DNA of 64,000 nt from an uncultured virus (IMG/VR IMGVR_UViG_3300035428_000406) (lineage: Duplodnaviria; Heunggongvirae; Uroviricota; Caudoviricetes), in IMG/VR virus record IMGVR_UViG_3300035428_000406; one strand, written 5' to 3'. Shown one piece after another: positions 1 through 10,100 of this stretch; position 1 is the stretch's first letter, and each line of letters starts with the position of its first letter. The translations under genes and the position numbers were made by a program. Below the pieces are notes generated by a model. That model saw only the letters and a list, made by a program, of their open reading frames with translations, was not told the DNA's origin and ran no database searches.

Positions 1-1476
1 ATGGCTACTTTCAAAGCTATCACGAAAGCCAAACGAAAGGACGGCTTTTACCCGGTCTACATTCGTGTGACCCACCAAACCAAGTTGGCCTACATCGTCA
101 CTGACAAGTTGGTCAACGCTTCCGGCCTCTCTCGCACAGGCGAGATTGAGGACCCCTATGTGATGCAGTATTGCACCCGAAAGATTATCGAGTATGTCGA
201 GAGACTGAACAAAGTTGACATCGAGCGTTGGAGCGTCCGCGACGTTGTGGACTATCTGAAGTCAGGCGAGGCCGACATCAGCTTCAGCGACTATGCCCGA
301 AAACACATTGACCGCATGATGCAGCGCGGGCAGAAGCGTAACGCGCGTAACTACGAAATGGCGTTGAATCATCTTGAACGTCATGCCGGCACAACATCGG
401 TCATGTTCTCGCAGCTGACATCAACGTTTGTCAACGATTGGTTGAAGACGTTGGAGACGACGCACAGGGCAAAGGAGATGTACCCGATTTGTCTGCGTCA
501 GGTGTTCAAGGCAGCTATCGAGGAATACAACGACTACGACAACGGCGTGATTCGTATCCGCACGAATCCGTGGGGAAAAGTCAAGATACCCGAAGCGGAT
601 CGGCCGGAGAAACTTGCAGTCACGCCACAGGCGGCGAGGGCATTTTTCGCAGCACCTATCCCTGAAAGCAAGATGAAAGCACCATTGGAGGAAATTGGCC
701 GTGACGTGGCCATGATGGTGCTATGCCTCGCAGGTATAAACACGGTTGACCTCTACAACATGAAGAAGTCGGACTACTACGACGGTATCATACACTACCG
801 CAGAGCCAAGACCAAGAAATTCAGGGCTGATAATGCCTACATCGAAATGCGAGTGCCGTCTATACTGTTGCCGCTGTTCGAGAAGTACGCCACACCCGAC
901 GACGACCCATTCCTGTTCAGCTTTCACGAGCGTTACCGCACGTCGGACAGTCTCGGCAGTAATGCCAACAGTGGTATCAAGAAGATTTGCGAGAGCATAG
1001 GCATTAAAGGCGACGACCGTTATTGTGTCTATACGTTCCGCCACACATGGGGAACTATCGCACAAAACGACTGCGGCGCAAGCATTAGCCAAGTGGCTTT
1101 TGCTATGAACCATGCGAACGGCCACGAGGTGACGCGCGGTTATCTCCGCATAGACTTCTCCCCTGCATGGAGATTGAACGAGCAGGTTGTTGACCTGATT
1201 TTCTACTCGGCCACCGAGAGCGAGAAGAAAGACCCGGAAGACGCGATGTTCCGTTTTTCGGCGAAGCACCTCATTCACGGCGGCGCATATTTCCGTGGCA
1301 AACTGTTGGGCGAAATAAACGACACCGGCTACAACAACATCGACGAGGTTATAAAGGCTCTTGTGCCTTTCGTGCCTGACGATGTGCCGATGCGCTCAAT
1401 GGTACAGTTCAAAATCGACATCGTGGACAAAGGCCTTTCGCAGACCTATGAGCGCATGAAGGGCAAAGGCTTTTGA
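1..1476 (+). CDS. Tyrosine integrase, Bacteroidetes phage type, with C-terminal extension
   Basis: N-terminal arm-binding-like YPVYIRVT; CLAGINTVDL, YTFRHTWGT, AMNH, VTRGY catalytic-region motifs. Confidence 0.9.
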   Translation: MATFKAITKAKRKDGFYPVYIRVTHQTKLAYIVTDKLVNASGLSRTGEIEDPYVMQYCTRKIIEYVERLNKVDIERWSVRDVVDYLKSGEADISFSDYARKHIDRMMQRGQKRNARNYEMALNHLERHAGTTSVMFSQLTSTFVNDWLKTLETTHRAKEMYPICLRQVFKAAIEEYNDYDNGVIRIRTNPWGKVKIPEADRPEKLAVTPQAARAFFAAPIPESKMKAPLEEIGRDVAMMVLCLAGINTVDLYNMKKSDYYDGIIHYRRAKTKKFRADNAYIEMRVPSILLPLFEKYATPDDDPFLFSFHERYRTSDSLGSNANSGIKKICESIGIKGDDRYCVYTFRHTWGTIAQNDCGASISQVAFAMNHANGHEVTRGYLRIDFSPAWRLNEQVVDLIFYSATESEKKDPEDAMFRFSAKHLIHGGAYFRGKLLGEINDTGYNNIDEVIKALVPFVPDDVPMRSMVQFKIDIVDKGLSQTYERMKGKGF

Positions 1477-1690
1477 AGTCGCGGCCCCCCCTGTTTTCTT
1501 TCCAACCCCTTTCGACCGACGAGGCATTTTCGCTTCGCCGGTCTTTTTCTTTTCAAAAAACAAAATCGAAAATTGAGTTTTCAAAAATGTCGTTGTTGTC
1601 GTTTCTTCTATCTACGTCTTCTTTTATTTATTTTCTTTTTATTTCTTTTCCTTTCTTTTCTTTTGTGTACTTAATTCCGTAATTAAATCG

Positions 1691-1924
1691 AGCTAACCCA
1701 TAGTTTACTCAAACAAAACCCCAATTAAGTTTGAGGAAATGAAAAATCCCGAAATAACCTCAAACAAAACCCATAGCTAACCCATAGTTTACTCAAACTT
1801 TTCCTATTTGCGCGGAGCGGTTAAATTCCGCCCTATTTTTCGCCTTTTTCTATCCACCAACGAGGAATAAAAACGAGCCAGCCCCCTGTTTACTCAAACA
1901 AAACCCCAATTAAGTTTGAGGAAA
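1691..1924. repeat. Iteron-like direct repeats (candidate replication origin or packaging/recombination site)
   Basis: 37-bp exact repeat GTTTACTCAAACAAAACCCCAATTAAGTTTGAGGAAA at 1703-1739 and 1888-1924; 24-bp exact repeat at 1691-1714 and 1775-1798; internal CTCAAAC/GTTTGAG dyad. Confidence 0.85.
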
Positions 1925-1963
1925 CCCCGCCAACTTAATGAAGTTTCCTTCGCGAAGTGCAAC

Positions 1964-1993
1964 AAAAAACCGCCGACAGATTGTCAGGCGGTT
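1964..1993 (-). terminator. Intrinsic terminator after small terminase-like gene
   Basis: Minus strand AACCGCCTGACAATCTGTCGGCGGTTTTTT: hairpin plus U tract. Confidence 0.7.
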
Positions 1994-2036
1994 GCTGTCT
2001 AAAGTAGAGCCGAGTAGATAAAGCGGTCCAAGGCTG

Positions 2037-2324
2037 TTAATCTTCGTCCTCTCCTGCCAATTCGGCGAGGCGGTCTTCGATTGTTTTCTCCTTGTCGCCG
2101 GTGTTGAGGTCGATGGCCGTAGCTTGCATTTTGGGCATGGTGTACTGCATGAGCCTTTCTGCAATCACGAGGCGGTCTTTTGGATCGAGAGCCATAAAGT
2201 CGGACGTCATAAGGCCGCTCTCGGAATAGTCGGCGAGCAACGACACGATGACTTCTTTGCCCAACATGGTAGACTTGTTGGGTATGCCTTTCTTTCGTCC
2301 TCCTGTTTTCTTACCTATTGCCAT
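2037..2324 (-). CDS. Putative terminase small subunit
   Basis: Starts MAIGKKTGGRKKGIPNK, a GGRxKGxPNK motif typical of TerS-like proteins; start moved to ATG 2324, downstream of the promoter. Confidence 0.55.
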   Translation of the reverse strand: MAIGKKTGGRKKGIPNKSTMLGKEVIVSLLADYSESGLMTSDFMALDPKDRLVIAERLMQYTMPKMQATAIDLNTGDKEKTIEDRLAELAGEDED

Positions 2325-2331
2325 GCGGTTA

Positions 2332-2370
2332 AAGTTAATACATCGCCACAAAGATAATAATGTAAATTCG
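2332..2370 (+). promoter_or_regulatory. Putative late promoter for ejection-protein/giant-protein operon
   Basis: AAGTTAA (2332-2338), 24 nt, TAAATTCG (2363-2370). Confidence 0.65.
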
Positions 2371-2387
2371 CCCACATAATTTAAGTT
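2349..2387 (-). promoter_or_regulatory. Putative late promoter for terS-like gene
   Basis: AACTTAA (2387-2381), 24 nt, TATCTTTG (2356-2349). Confidence 0.65.
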
Positions 2388-2408
2388 CAACTAATCACAT
2401 TTCTCAAT

Positions 2409-2906
2409 ATGGGCATATTAGGCGGCGCAATAGGTGCAGGTTTAGGTGCTGTCGGCAGTATCTTCGGCGGCATATCTGCGTCTAAAGCCATGAAACGTGT
2501 TAAAAAGAATTTGCAGGAGCAGCGACGCAAGAATCAAGATTGGTACGACCGCCGCTATAACGAGGACGCAACCCAGCGAGCCGACGCACAGGCTATCCTG
2601 ACCAAAACCGAGGAGTCTATCCGCAACCGCAACAAACAGGCCGCAGGGGCGCAGGCCGTCATGGGCGGTACTGATGAAAGCGTTGCGGCGGCTAAAGCGG
2701 CCAATAACGAGGCTCTTGCAACTGCGACAACCAACATCGCTGTCAACGGCGAGGCTCGAAAGGACGCTATCGAGAGCCAGTATTTACAAACCGACGCGAA
2801 TATTCAGCAAGCACTCAATGACCTTGAACAGAAGAAAGCGGCCAACGTTTCACAGGCCATTCAGGGCGTGACACAGGCCGGTGCGAACATCGCGGGAATA
2901 CTCTAA
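2409..2906 (+). CDS. Putative internal virion/ejection (DNA pilot-like) protein
   Basis: Gly-rich hydrophobic N-terminus MGILGGAIGAGLGAVGSIFGG followed by Ala/Gln-rich coiled coil; first gene of the operon leading to the giant protein. Confidence 0.55.
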   Translation: MGILGGAIGAGLGAVGSIFGGISASKAMKRVKKNLQEQRRKNQDWYDRRYNEDATQRADAQAILTKTEESIRNRNKQAAGAQAVMGGTDESVAAAKAANNEALATATTNIAVNGEARKDAIESQYLQTDANIQQALNDLEQKKAANVSQAIQGVTQAGANIAGIL

Positions 2907-2911
2907 TAACT

Positions 2912-4142
2912 ATGGCTGTAACAACCGATGAAATATTAGCAAGAGGCAAAGGTCCGGTGCAACAGCAACAGACGTGGGCAGAACAGCCCACAGTTGCCGG
3001 TATTCCTGTAGTGTCGTCAATTGTTCCGCCTGAAGTTGGTAAAGCTATGGGTGCGGGCAAAGATCCGACAGGCGTTGAGAACGTGAACTATGATACTGTG
3101 ACAATGCAGGGCGCACCTAACAATCCGAAAAACGCTCGTGAAGTTGTCGAGCGTGGCGTTGTCAATGTAGCCAATCCACAGCCTCCACAGCCGCAGACCG
3201 AGACCGACACGGAGCAAATAACGCCTGTATCCGAACAGCAGACAGCCCCCGAAGGTAAGAAGCTGTCATACGTTGAAATGTTCCAGCAGATGTCGCCATA
3301 TAAGCCCCCAACTCCCGAAGAACTTGAAAAGGAGCGCAAGCGGCAGAAGCGTGAGGCTATCTTCGCCGCTATCGGCGAGGGTATCTCGGCTATGAGTAAT
3401 CTCTATTTCACTACACAGTATGCCCCAAATGCTTTCGACCCCTCAAGAGGTATGGCCGCAAGCACCAAAGCACGCTTCGACCAACTGAAGAAAGACCGTG
3501 AGCAGAACCAGCGTGAGTACATGGAAGGCTTCATGCGCGCTATGAAATGGGACGCAGACGACGCAAAAGACGAGCGGAATTGGACCCATACAATCGAGCG
3601 CGAGAAGGTGACCGACCATTATAAGGAAGCAGCCGACGNNNNNNNNNNNNNNNNACCGAGACGCAGCTATGGCTCAACTCCGCATGGATTTAATGCAGGG
3701 TAAAATCAACCAACAGGAAGCCGCCGCCGAAGCCAAGCGTATTGAAGCTGACTATGCCGAAGCCTATTGGCAGTCGCGTATCAACAAAAACAACTACCGC
3801 CGTCCGATTGGTTCAGGTAGCCGTGGCGGAAGCGGACGCCCCGGAGAATATCCGTGGTATGACTCCGACGGAAACAAGCACTATGCCCACTCTTATGAGG
3901 CCATGAGGCAAAATGCTATCGATCATGGCACATGGAACGAGGCTGAACAAGAATCATCGTCAAAGCGCACCACCACCGACCGACGAGGCAAAACCAAAAG
4001 CGAAACGTCCACAACCACAACTAAACCCGCCAAAGGACATTCTTCTGCTCCACAGGGCGGCAAGAAGCCCAACCCAATGGGCGGCGACGGCGGAAACTCC
4101 GGCAGTGGCAACAAGAAGAAAAAGAAAAACCCAATGAGTTAA
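2912..4142 (+). CDS. Putative internal virion protein; probably one gene split by an assembly gap
   Basis: ORFs 2912-3703 and 3669-4142 meet at the N run; sequence after the gap reads RDAAMAQLRMD in the second frame. Confidence 0.6.
3639..3654. other. Assembly gap (16 N)
   Basis: Run of N in the sequence. Confidence 1.
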
Positions 4143-4146
4143 CGTA

Positions 4147-7100
4147 ATGGCAACTGACAATAAACGAAAATTATACGATGCCCTCTCGCAAGACTTCGAT
4201 ATGGGCAGTTATGAGCAGTTCTGCGCAGACCTCAACGACGAGGGCAAGCGTCGCAAGCTCTACGACGCGACCAGTCAAGACTACGACCTCGGCACATGGG
4301 ATAGCTTCTCACAGCAGTTAGGATATGGACAGGCCGCTGCACCCGTTCCTGAAAGACCTGCCGCTCCTGTCGATACTCCTGTGTCGTCCACATCGCCAAA
4401 GCCCACTGAATATTTCAAACTACGCCGTGGCGGCAAGGACTTCACGGTATCAACCGACGAGGTAAATGCTGCCGGCGGTCTGTCGTCGTGGGCACAGGCA
4501 CACCCCGGTGCTCCTATCCGTGTCTATATGCAGGGTAAAAAGGAAGACGGGACCGACTTCGACGGTCATGTTGACCTATCCGTAGCCCACGATCGAAGAA
4601 AACGACGTGGCTACAAGTACACAACCACAAGCAATGCTATTGAGGATAAGCCATGGCAACCGACCGAACAGGAGAAAATTGCCATGGCTCATCAGCTCCA
4701 CCAAATGCAAGCGCAGAGCGACGCCATGTTTGCCGAGAATCGCGAACGTATGGAGAATGTCTCCGAGTATTATCGTGGCAACCGTGGCCTCGGCTTCCAT
4801 ACTGTCGAGGGAAAGCCGGTATTCAATCCGCAGACCGGCCAAATGGAGAAGACCTACCTCACGCCTATGGGCGACCGCACAACAAACAAAGCGGCAGCAG
4901 ATATGTCTACGTTCAATTTCCGTCAGGCTATGGCAGCCGCCGATATGTCGGTGGGCGCACAGATACGTCGAGCCGAGGCCGAACTTGCCGAACTGCGCAA
5001 ACAGTTCGAGGATAGTAAGAGCCGTGTTCATGATGAATGGACCGAGGACTACGAAAAAAACGACGCGCCTCTCGCCGCCGTACTTGCTGCCAATACCTAT
5101 GTGCCTCGTCAGACTTCCGACAAGGAAAACTCCGCTCTGCGTGTCGCTATCCGCCAAAGGGAAGAACAGCTCAAGAACTTGTACGAGGAACGAGACAGGC
5201 AGATTGGCAAGGATGTCGGCTTTTGGCGTGGCTTCGGTCGTATCGTCAGCGACAGCCGCACATGGGACTTCGGTACAGGCGACCTGTTGGACGCTATGAC
5301 CATGCTTAATGCCGACCAATATTCAGCCCCCAACGCTACCGAGGGCGAGAAACGAGCCGGTCAAGAAATGCTCAAGGCGGCTTACGATGCACAACAGACT
5401 GAACAAATGTTTGGCGAAAACGCCTCATTCTGGAACAGGGCCGGTGTTATGACCGGCTATATGCCGTCGTTCATGCTCGACTTTGCGCTTACAGGCGGCG
5501 GTTTTGAAGTTGTCAATGTTGCAGGTAAGGCCGCGGCTCGTGGCTCTGCAAAACTGATAGGCGAAGCAGCCATTAAGGAAATGACCGAGTTAGGTGTCAA
5601 AGCCTATGCCAAGAGATACGGTCTCCGTGGCGTTGGCCGTATGGCAGAGAATTGGACTATCAAGGCACTCGGTACGACCGCAGACGAGTTATTGATTCGC
5701 GCTCCGCTCATGACCAACACCATTCAGGCAGGTAAGACCGCCGCAGACATCATCGACCGCAAACTCGGTGATGTGCAAGTTGACGCTAACGGCAATTATA
5801 ATTTTGCCAATGACAAGACTTGGGGCAGTGCTGTTTGGCAGGGGGAGGCCAACGCTATCATAGAGAACTACTCGGAAATGTTCGGCACACACCTTGATGT
5901 GGTTGGACCGGCACTCGTAAAGGCACTTTCAAAGACTTACGGCGGAAAGCGTATCAGCGGTATGCTTGCACGCGCCAATGCGTCGAGCTACGGTCAAATC
6001 CTTGCTACTACTCGCAAGCATTTTGAACGGCTCGGCGTGTCTGACTACTTCGGCGAGGTTGGCGAAGAATACTATGGCCAGCTGTGGCGAACCATGCTCA
6101 ATCTTGAAGACGCATATACCAATGAGCCAGTCTACGACGCAGAGGGCAATCAGGTACTCGACGCAGAGGGCAACCCTGTCTACAAGCGTAAGAACCTATT
6201 GTTTACAGGCCAGTTCCACGGCGATATTTGGGGCGGCATGGCTCTATCTATGGGCTTAATGGGTGCAGGTAAGTACACAATTTCAGGTATAGCCTATGGC
6301 AGCATGAAACATCAGGTCAATGTGGCCGATCGTGTTGCCGCTGAAATATTCACGCCTGAACGCTGGGAGCCTATCCGCGAAATTATTGACAGCACTACCA
6401 ATGAAGACATCGGTACACTTGCCGAAAGCATGGTAAACGACCCCAACCTCTCCGACGAGGAACGTGCGGCCGTCATGGAATATATGGAACGCAGCCTTAA
6501 TCTCCGTGGCCTCAACCTCGGTGCTATGGCGCAGAGCCGTGGTGCAGCTGATGAGGAAGGTGTGGAAATACCTACACCTGTCGAAATGGATATGGACAAC
6601 GAATTCAGTCAGTCCTACATCGACGGCTACGAGGCTTCCAGCCCGCAGGAAATGGCGGACGCACAGAATATGTACGAGTATCAGCGTCAGCGAGCCGAGA
6701 GCATGTTTGAGCCGAGTGTGCTTGAATCGCTCGACAGCAACCCAGTTGCTACTCTTATGGATATGTCGCAGACCGGCCTCTACTCGCAGGAAGAGATAGA
6801 CGCAGCCCGTGACTACATCAATGCCAAGACCGTGCGCGACGGCATTTTGCAACGTGTCAATGACAACATCGACGAGCAAATCGCCCAAAGCGACGCGATG
6901 ATAAATGCCCGTGTCAATCCGGCAAGCGGCATGATACAACCTGCCGTTATGGGTCTCGACGACCGTCAGGTGTACGTTGTAGGCGGCTCGCTCTCTATCA
7001 ATCCCGACGGAACAATAGACCGCGAGGCTTCCGATGAGAGCGTAGTCGTCCGCGACGCTGTGACTGGAGAGGTGGAATTTGTCGATCCAAGGTCTATTGT

Positions 7101-10100
7101 GTCGGCCGGCGAAGCTATCGACCCCGAAATGGAAAAGGCACTTGCCGTCGATAATATTCGCCAACAGGCCGCACAGGCCGCAGCCGACGCTCTGAACGGC
7201 ACACTCGCTTTCAATCCGGGCGACGTTGTGCAAATCAATGACGGCGGCGGTGTCGTTCAGGTTACTGTCCTCGGTCCTATTGTCGATGAAGAAAGCGGTA
7301 TGCCTATCGAGGGTCAGGTAATGGTACAGTTTCCCAACGGACAGCAGACCGCATTTGCCAAAGAGCAACTCCAAGCCTTTGCAGACGCGGCCAATCTGGA
7401 ACGTATAAACGAATTTGAGCAGCAACGTGGAGCCGAGCGCGCACAGCAACAGGCTACTGAAGCCGAAGCCATGCGGCCACAGTTTGCCCTCAATGATGAA
7501 TTTACCATACTCAACGACAACGGGACACCTATTCGCGGCTCGATCACTGCCGAACTCGACGAGGACGGTACTGTGGAAATACACACGGAGGAACCTCTCA
7601 ACGGCAACCATGTGAACCGCCTTACACCTGCCGAACTTGAAGAAATGTTCGACACGTATAACGGTCTACCTGTCTCCCTGCCTGTTCCCGAAATAGAGAA
7701 AACCGTTCCCAATCTTGACGAAATGCCCGAAAATGCAGGGCAAAATGGAGAAATTTCCCCGGAAACCGTTCCCAATCCCGATGTGACAGCAGAGGCAGAA
7801 CCCCAGCAGTCTGCGCTGTCTCGTGTTCCTGTCGATGAACAGGGACAGCGTAACTATCTCGACACTGATGCAGATACAGCGTATGACGCTTTTGTGGAGC
7901 TGTCGGAAGGCGACGAGGCTTTGGCCGCAGAAGTCATTGCCGACTATGTAGAAGAAGCCGAGGACGATTTCAAGGCAGCAGAAAAAGCACTCAACAAGAC
8001 AAAAGAGGGCAAGCCGGAGAAGCGGAAGAAAGGCGACCCCGCGCCGACCGATGAGGAACGAGTGGCCATAAAGAAAGCCGCCAAACAAGCACTCGCAGAG
8101 GCACAGGCTATCCGTGACCGTGCGAAAGCCAACCTCGACCATTGGAAAAAGATTGCCGGCACAAAGCAACGCCGAGAGGCCGACCGCCGAAGCGCAGAGG
8201 ACGCAGAGGCTCGTCGCCGTGCAGCGGAACGTGCAGCAGAGGAAGCACGATTAAAGGCAGAACGAGAAGAAGCGGAGCGTATCGAGCGCGAAGCACTCAA
8301 CGGCGTGCCTGATTGGAATGTCGATACACCCGCCGACGCTCGTGCTCGTGGCTACCGTCGTAATGGACCGCAGAAAGTTGACCGTCCCGAAATCATCGAC
8401 AATCATGCTATCGGCAATTCGATTGAGGTCAAGTTTGGCGACGACGTTATGCCAACAGGCAACATCGCCATTATTGAAGCCTCACAGTTGCAACCGAGCC
8501 ACCGCTACGGTCAACGTAATCCCGCACACTTCCTTGACGAAGCACAACCCAAAGAACGCAAGGATGCAGCAAGCCGTTTTGCAGCAGCCAAAATTGCCGA
8601 AACCATGCGCCCCGAAGAAATCACATCGAGCGTCACGGCCTTTACCGGCGCACCGAGCGTCAACAGCCGTGGCGAGGTTATTCAGGGTAACAACCGAGGC
8701 GAAGCACTCCGCCTCATGTACGAGGGTTATGCCGATTCTGCCGCCAAGTATAAGCAGTATCTTATCGACCATGCCGCCGAGTTTGGGCTTACTCCTGAAG
8801 CTATCGAGGCTTTTGAGCAGCCTGTACTCGTCAATATGCTCGACGTGTCGGACGAAAACGCCATTACCCTCGGCCAGTATGTTGCACAGGACACCGAGAG
8901 CGGCGGGATTGAGCGTATAAAGCCCAAGAACGCAGTGCAGAAAATGGGTAACAAAATTCGCAGCTTTGCAAACCTGTTGCTCCGCTCTGCCGATGATGAG
9001 GCCACATTTGCCCAGCTTGTGGACTCTAACGGCGTTGAGGTGTTGAAATGGATGAATCAACAGGGGTTCATCACAAATACCCAATATGCAAGTGCTTTCG
9101 ATAGCAGAGGCAACCTCACAGCCGAAGCCGCCAACGACCTCAAGGGTATCATGTATCAGTCTATCTTCACAGGTGGAAGCACTCGCCTTGAAGAAATGTT
9201 CAACAAAATGCCGGCAAAAGCGCAACGAGCTATCCTCGCAACGGCCTTCCGCGACTATGACAGTGCTTTCGCTGACCGCATGATCAACGAGATACAGCAG
9301 TCTATTATCGCTTTTGACGCACTCATGGGTTATGAGGCGTTCCGTGAAGCGACTAATGCCGAAGCTACACAGAACGCAGTCGAGGCTTGGAAGTTGCAGT
9401 TCGCCTTTGACGATGTTTCAGGAGAGCCTTATCTTCCCTCGGAAACTTTCAGTAACTTTGCACTCACACTTGCGGCCATGTATAAAGGCCACACCCAAAG
9501 ACATATTCAGTCGGTTTTCAACATGATGTATGACATCGTGCAAGGTACTGAACAGGATAATCTCTTTGAGGCCGCAGACAAGACCCCGAAACCTCTTGCC
9601 GAGGCCATACATCGTGTGCTTAATCTCGAATATCAACCCATAGTAAAACCAACAACTAACAATGGAACAAATGGAAGTGCTGTATTGGACGTCGATAGTG
9701 AAGATGGCCAAGATGGGCGAACAGGAAGCAGTGGAAACACTGACGGCGCAGAACAAAATCCGCAATCAGGAGAACCGACCGACAGTGGAACAGGAGCTGC
9801 AGGCGATAGCAGACAAGGGGGCGAAGTAGCCAACGAGGAAGGAGTCTTTACTCCTGAAGAAATCGAAGCTCTGTCTCACGCCACCTTTACCAACACCGAA
9901 TCGGGACAGACAATCAAACTGACCGGCCACGTTATCATGCCCGACGGCAGAGCCGCCTTCAAGGGCAATATGAATAATGAGCATGGTAGCCAAGGCCGCT
10001 TCATGCACAATCTTATCCGCAAGCTACTCGACAGTCCGTCATGGACGACCGACGCCGTAATGCCGTCGGCAGCACAAGAAAGCGAGCAACACGACTTTGA

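Noticed and set aside
720..1050. Integrase GIN and YxxR in place of canonical R and HxxR, suggesting inactivity
   Set aside because: These variants are common in Bacteroidetes phage integrases and are not evidence of decay
1691..1924. Possible CRISPR array (37-bp repeats with dyad)
   Set aside because: Only two full copies, 148 bp between them with partial copies inside; no regular spacers and no cas genes
2912..4142. Apparent frameshift or pseudogene between ORFs 2912-3703 and 3669-4142
   Set aside because: The frame change coincides with the 16-N assembly gap, so it is most likely an artefact
6135..6173. Short tandem repeat CGACGCAGAGGGCAA
   Set aside because: Simple in-frame peptide duplication (DAEGN twice) with no sign of function at DNA level
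6283..7611. Long antisense ORFs within large genes (442 aa here; also 29012-29863, 35166-36050)
   Set aside because: Typical antisense shadows of biased codon usage, with non-protein-like composition
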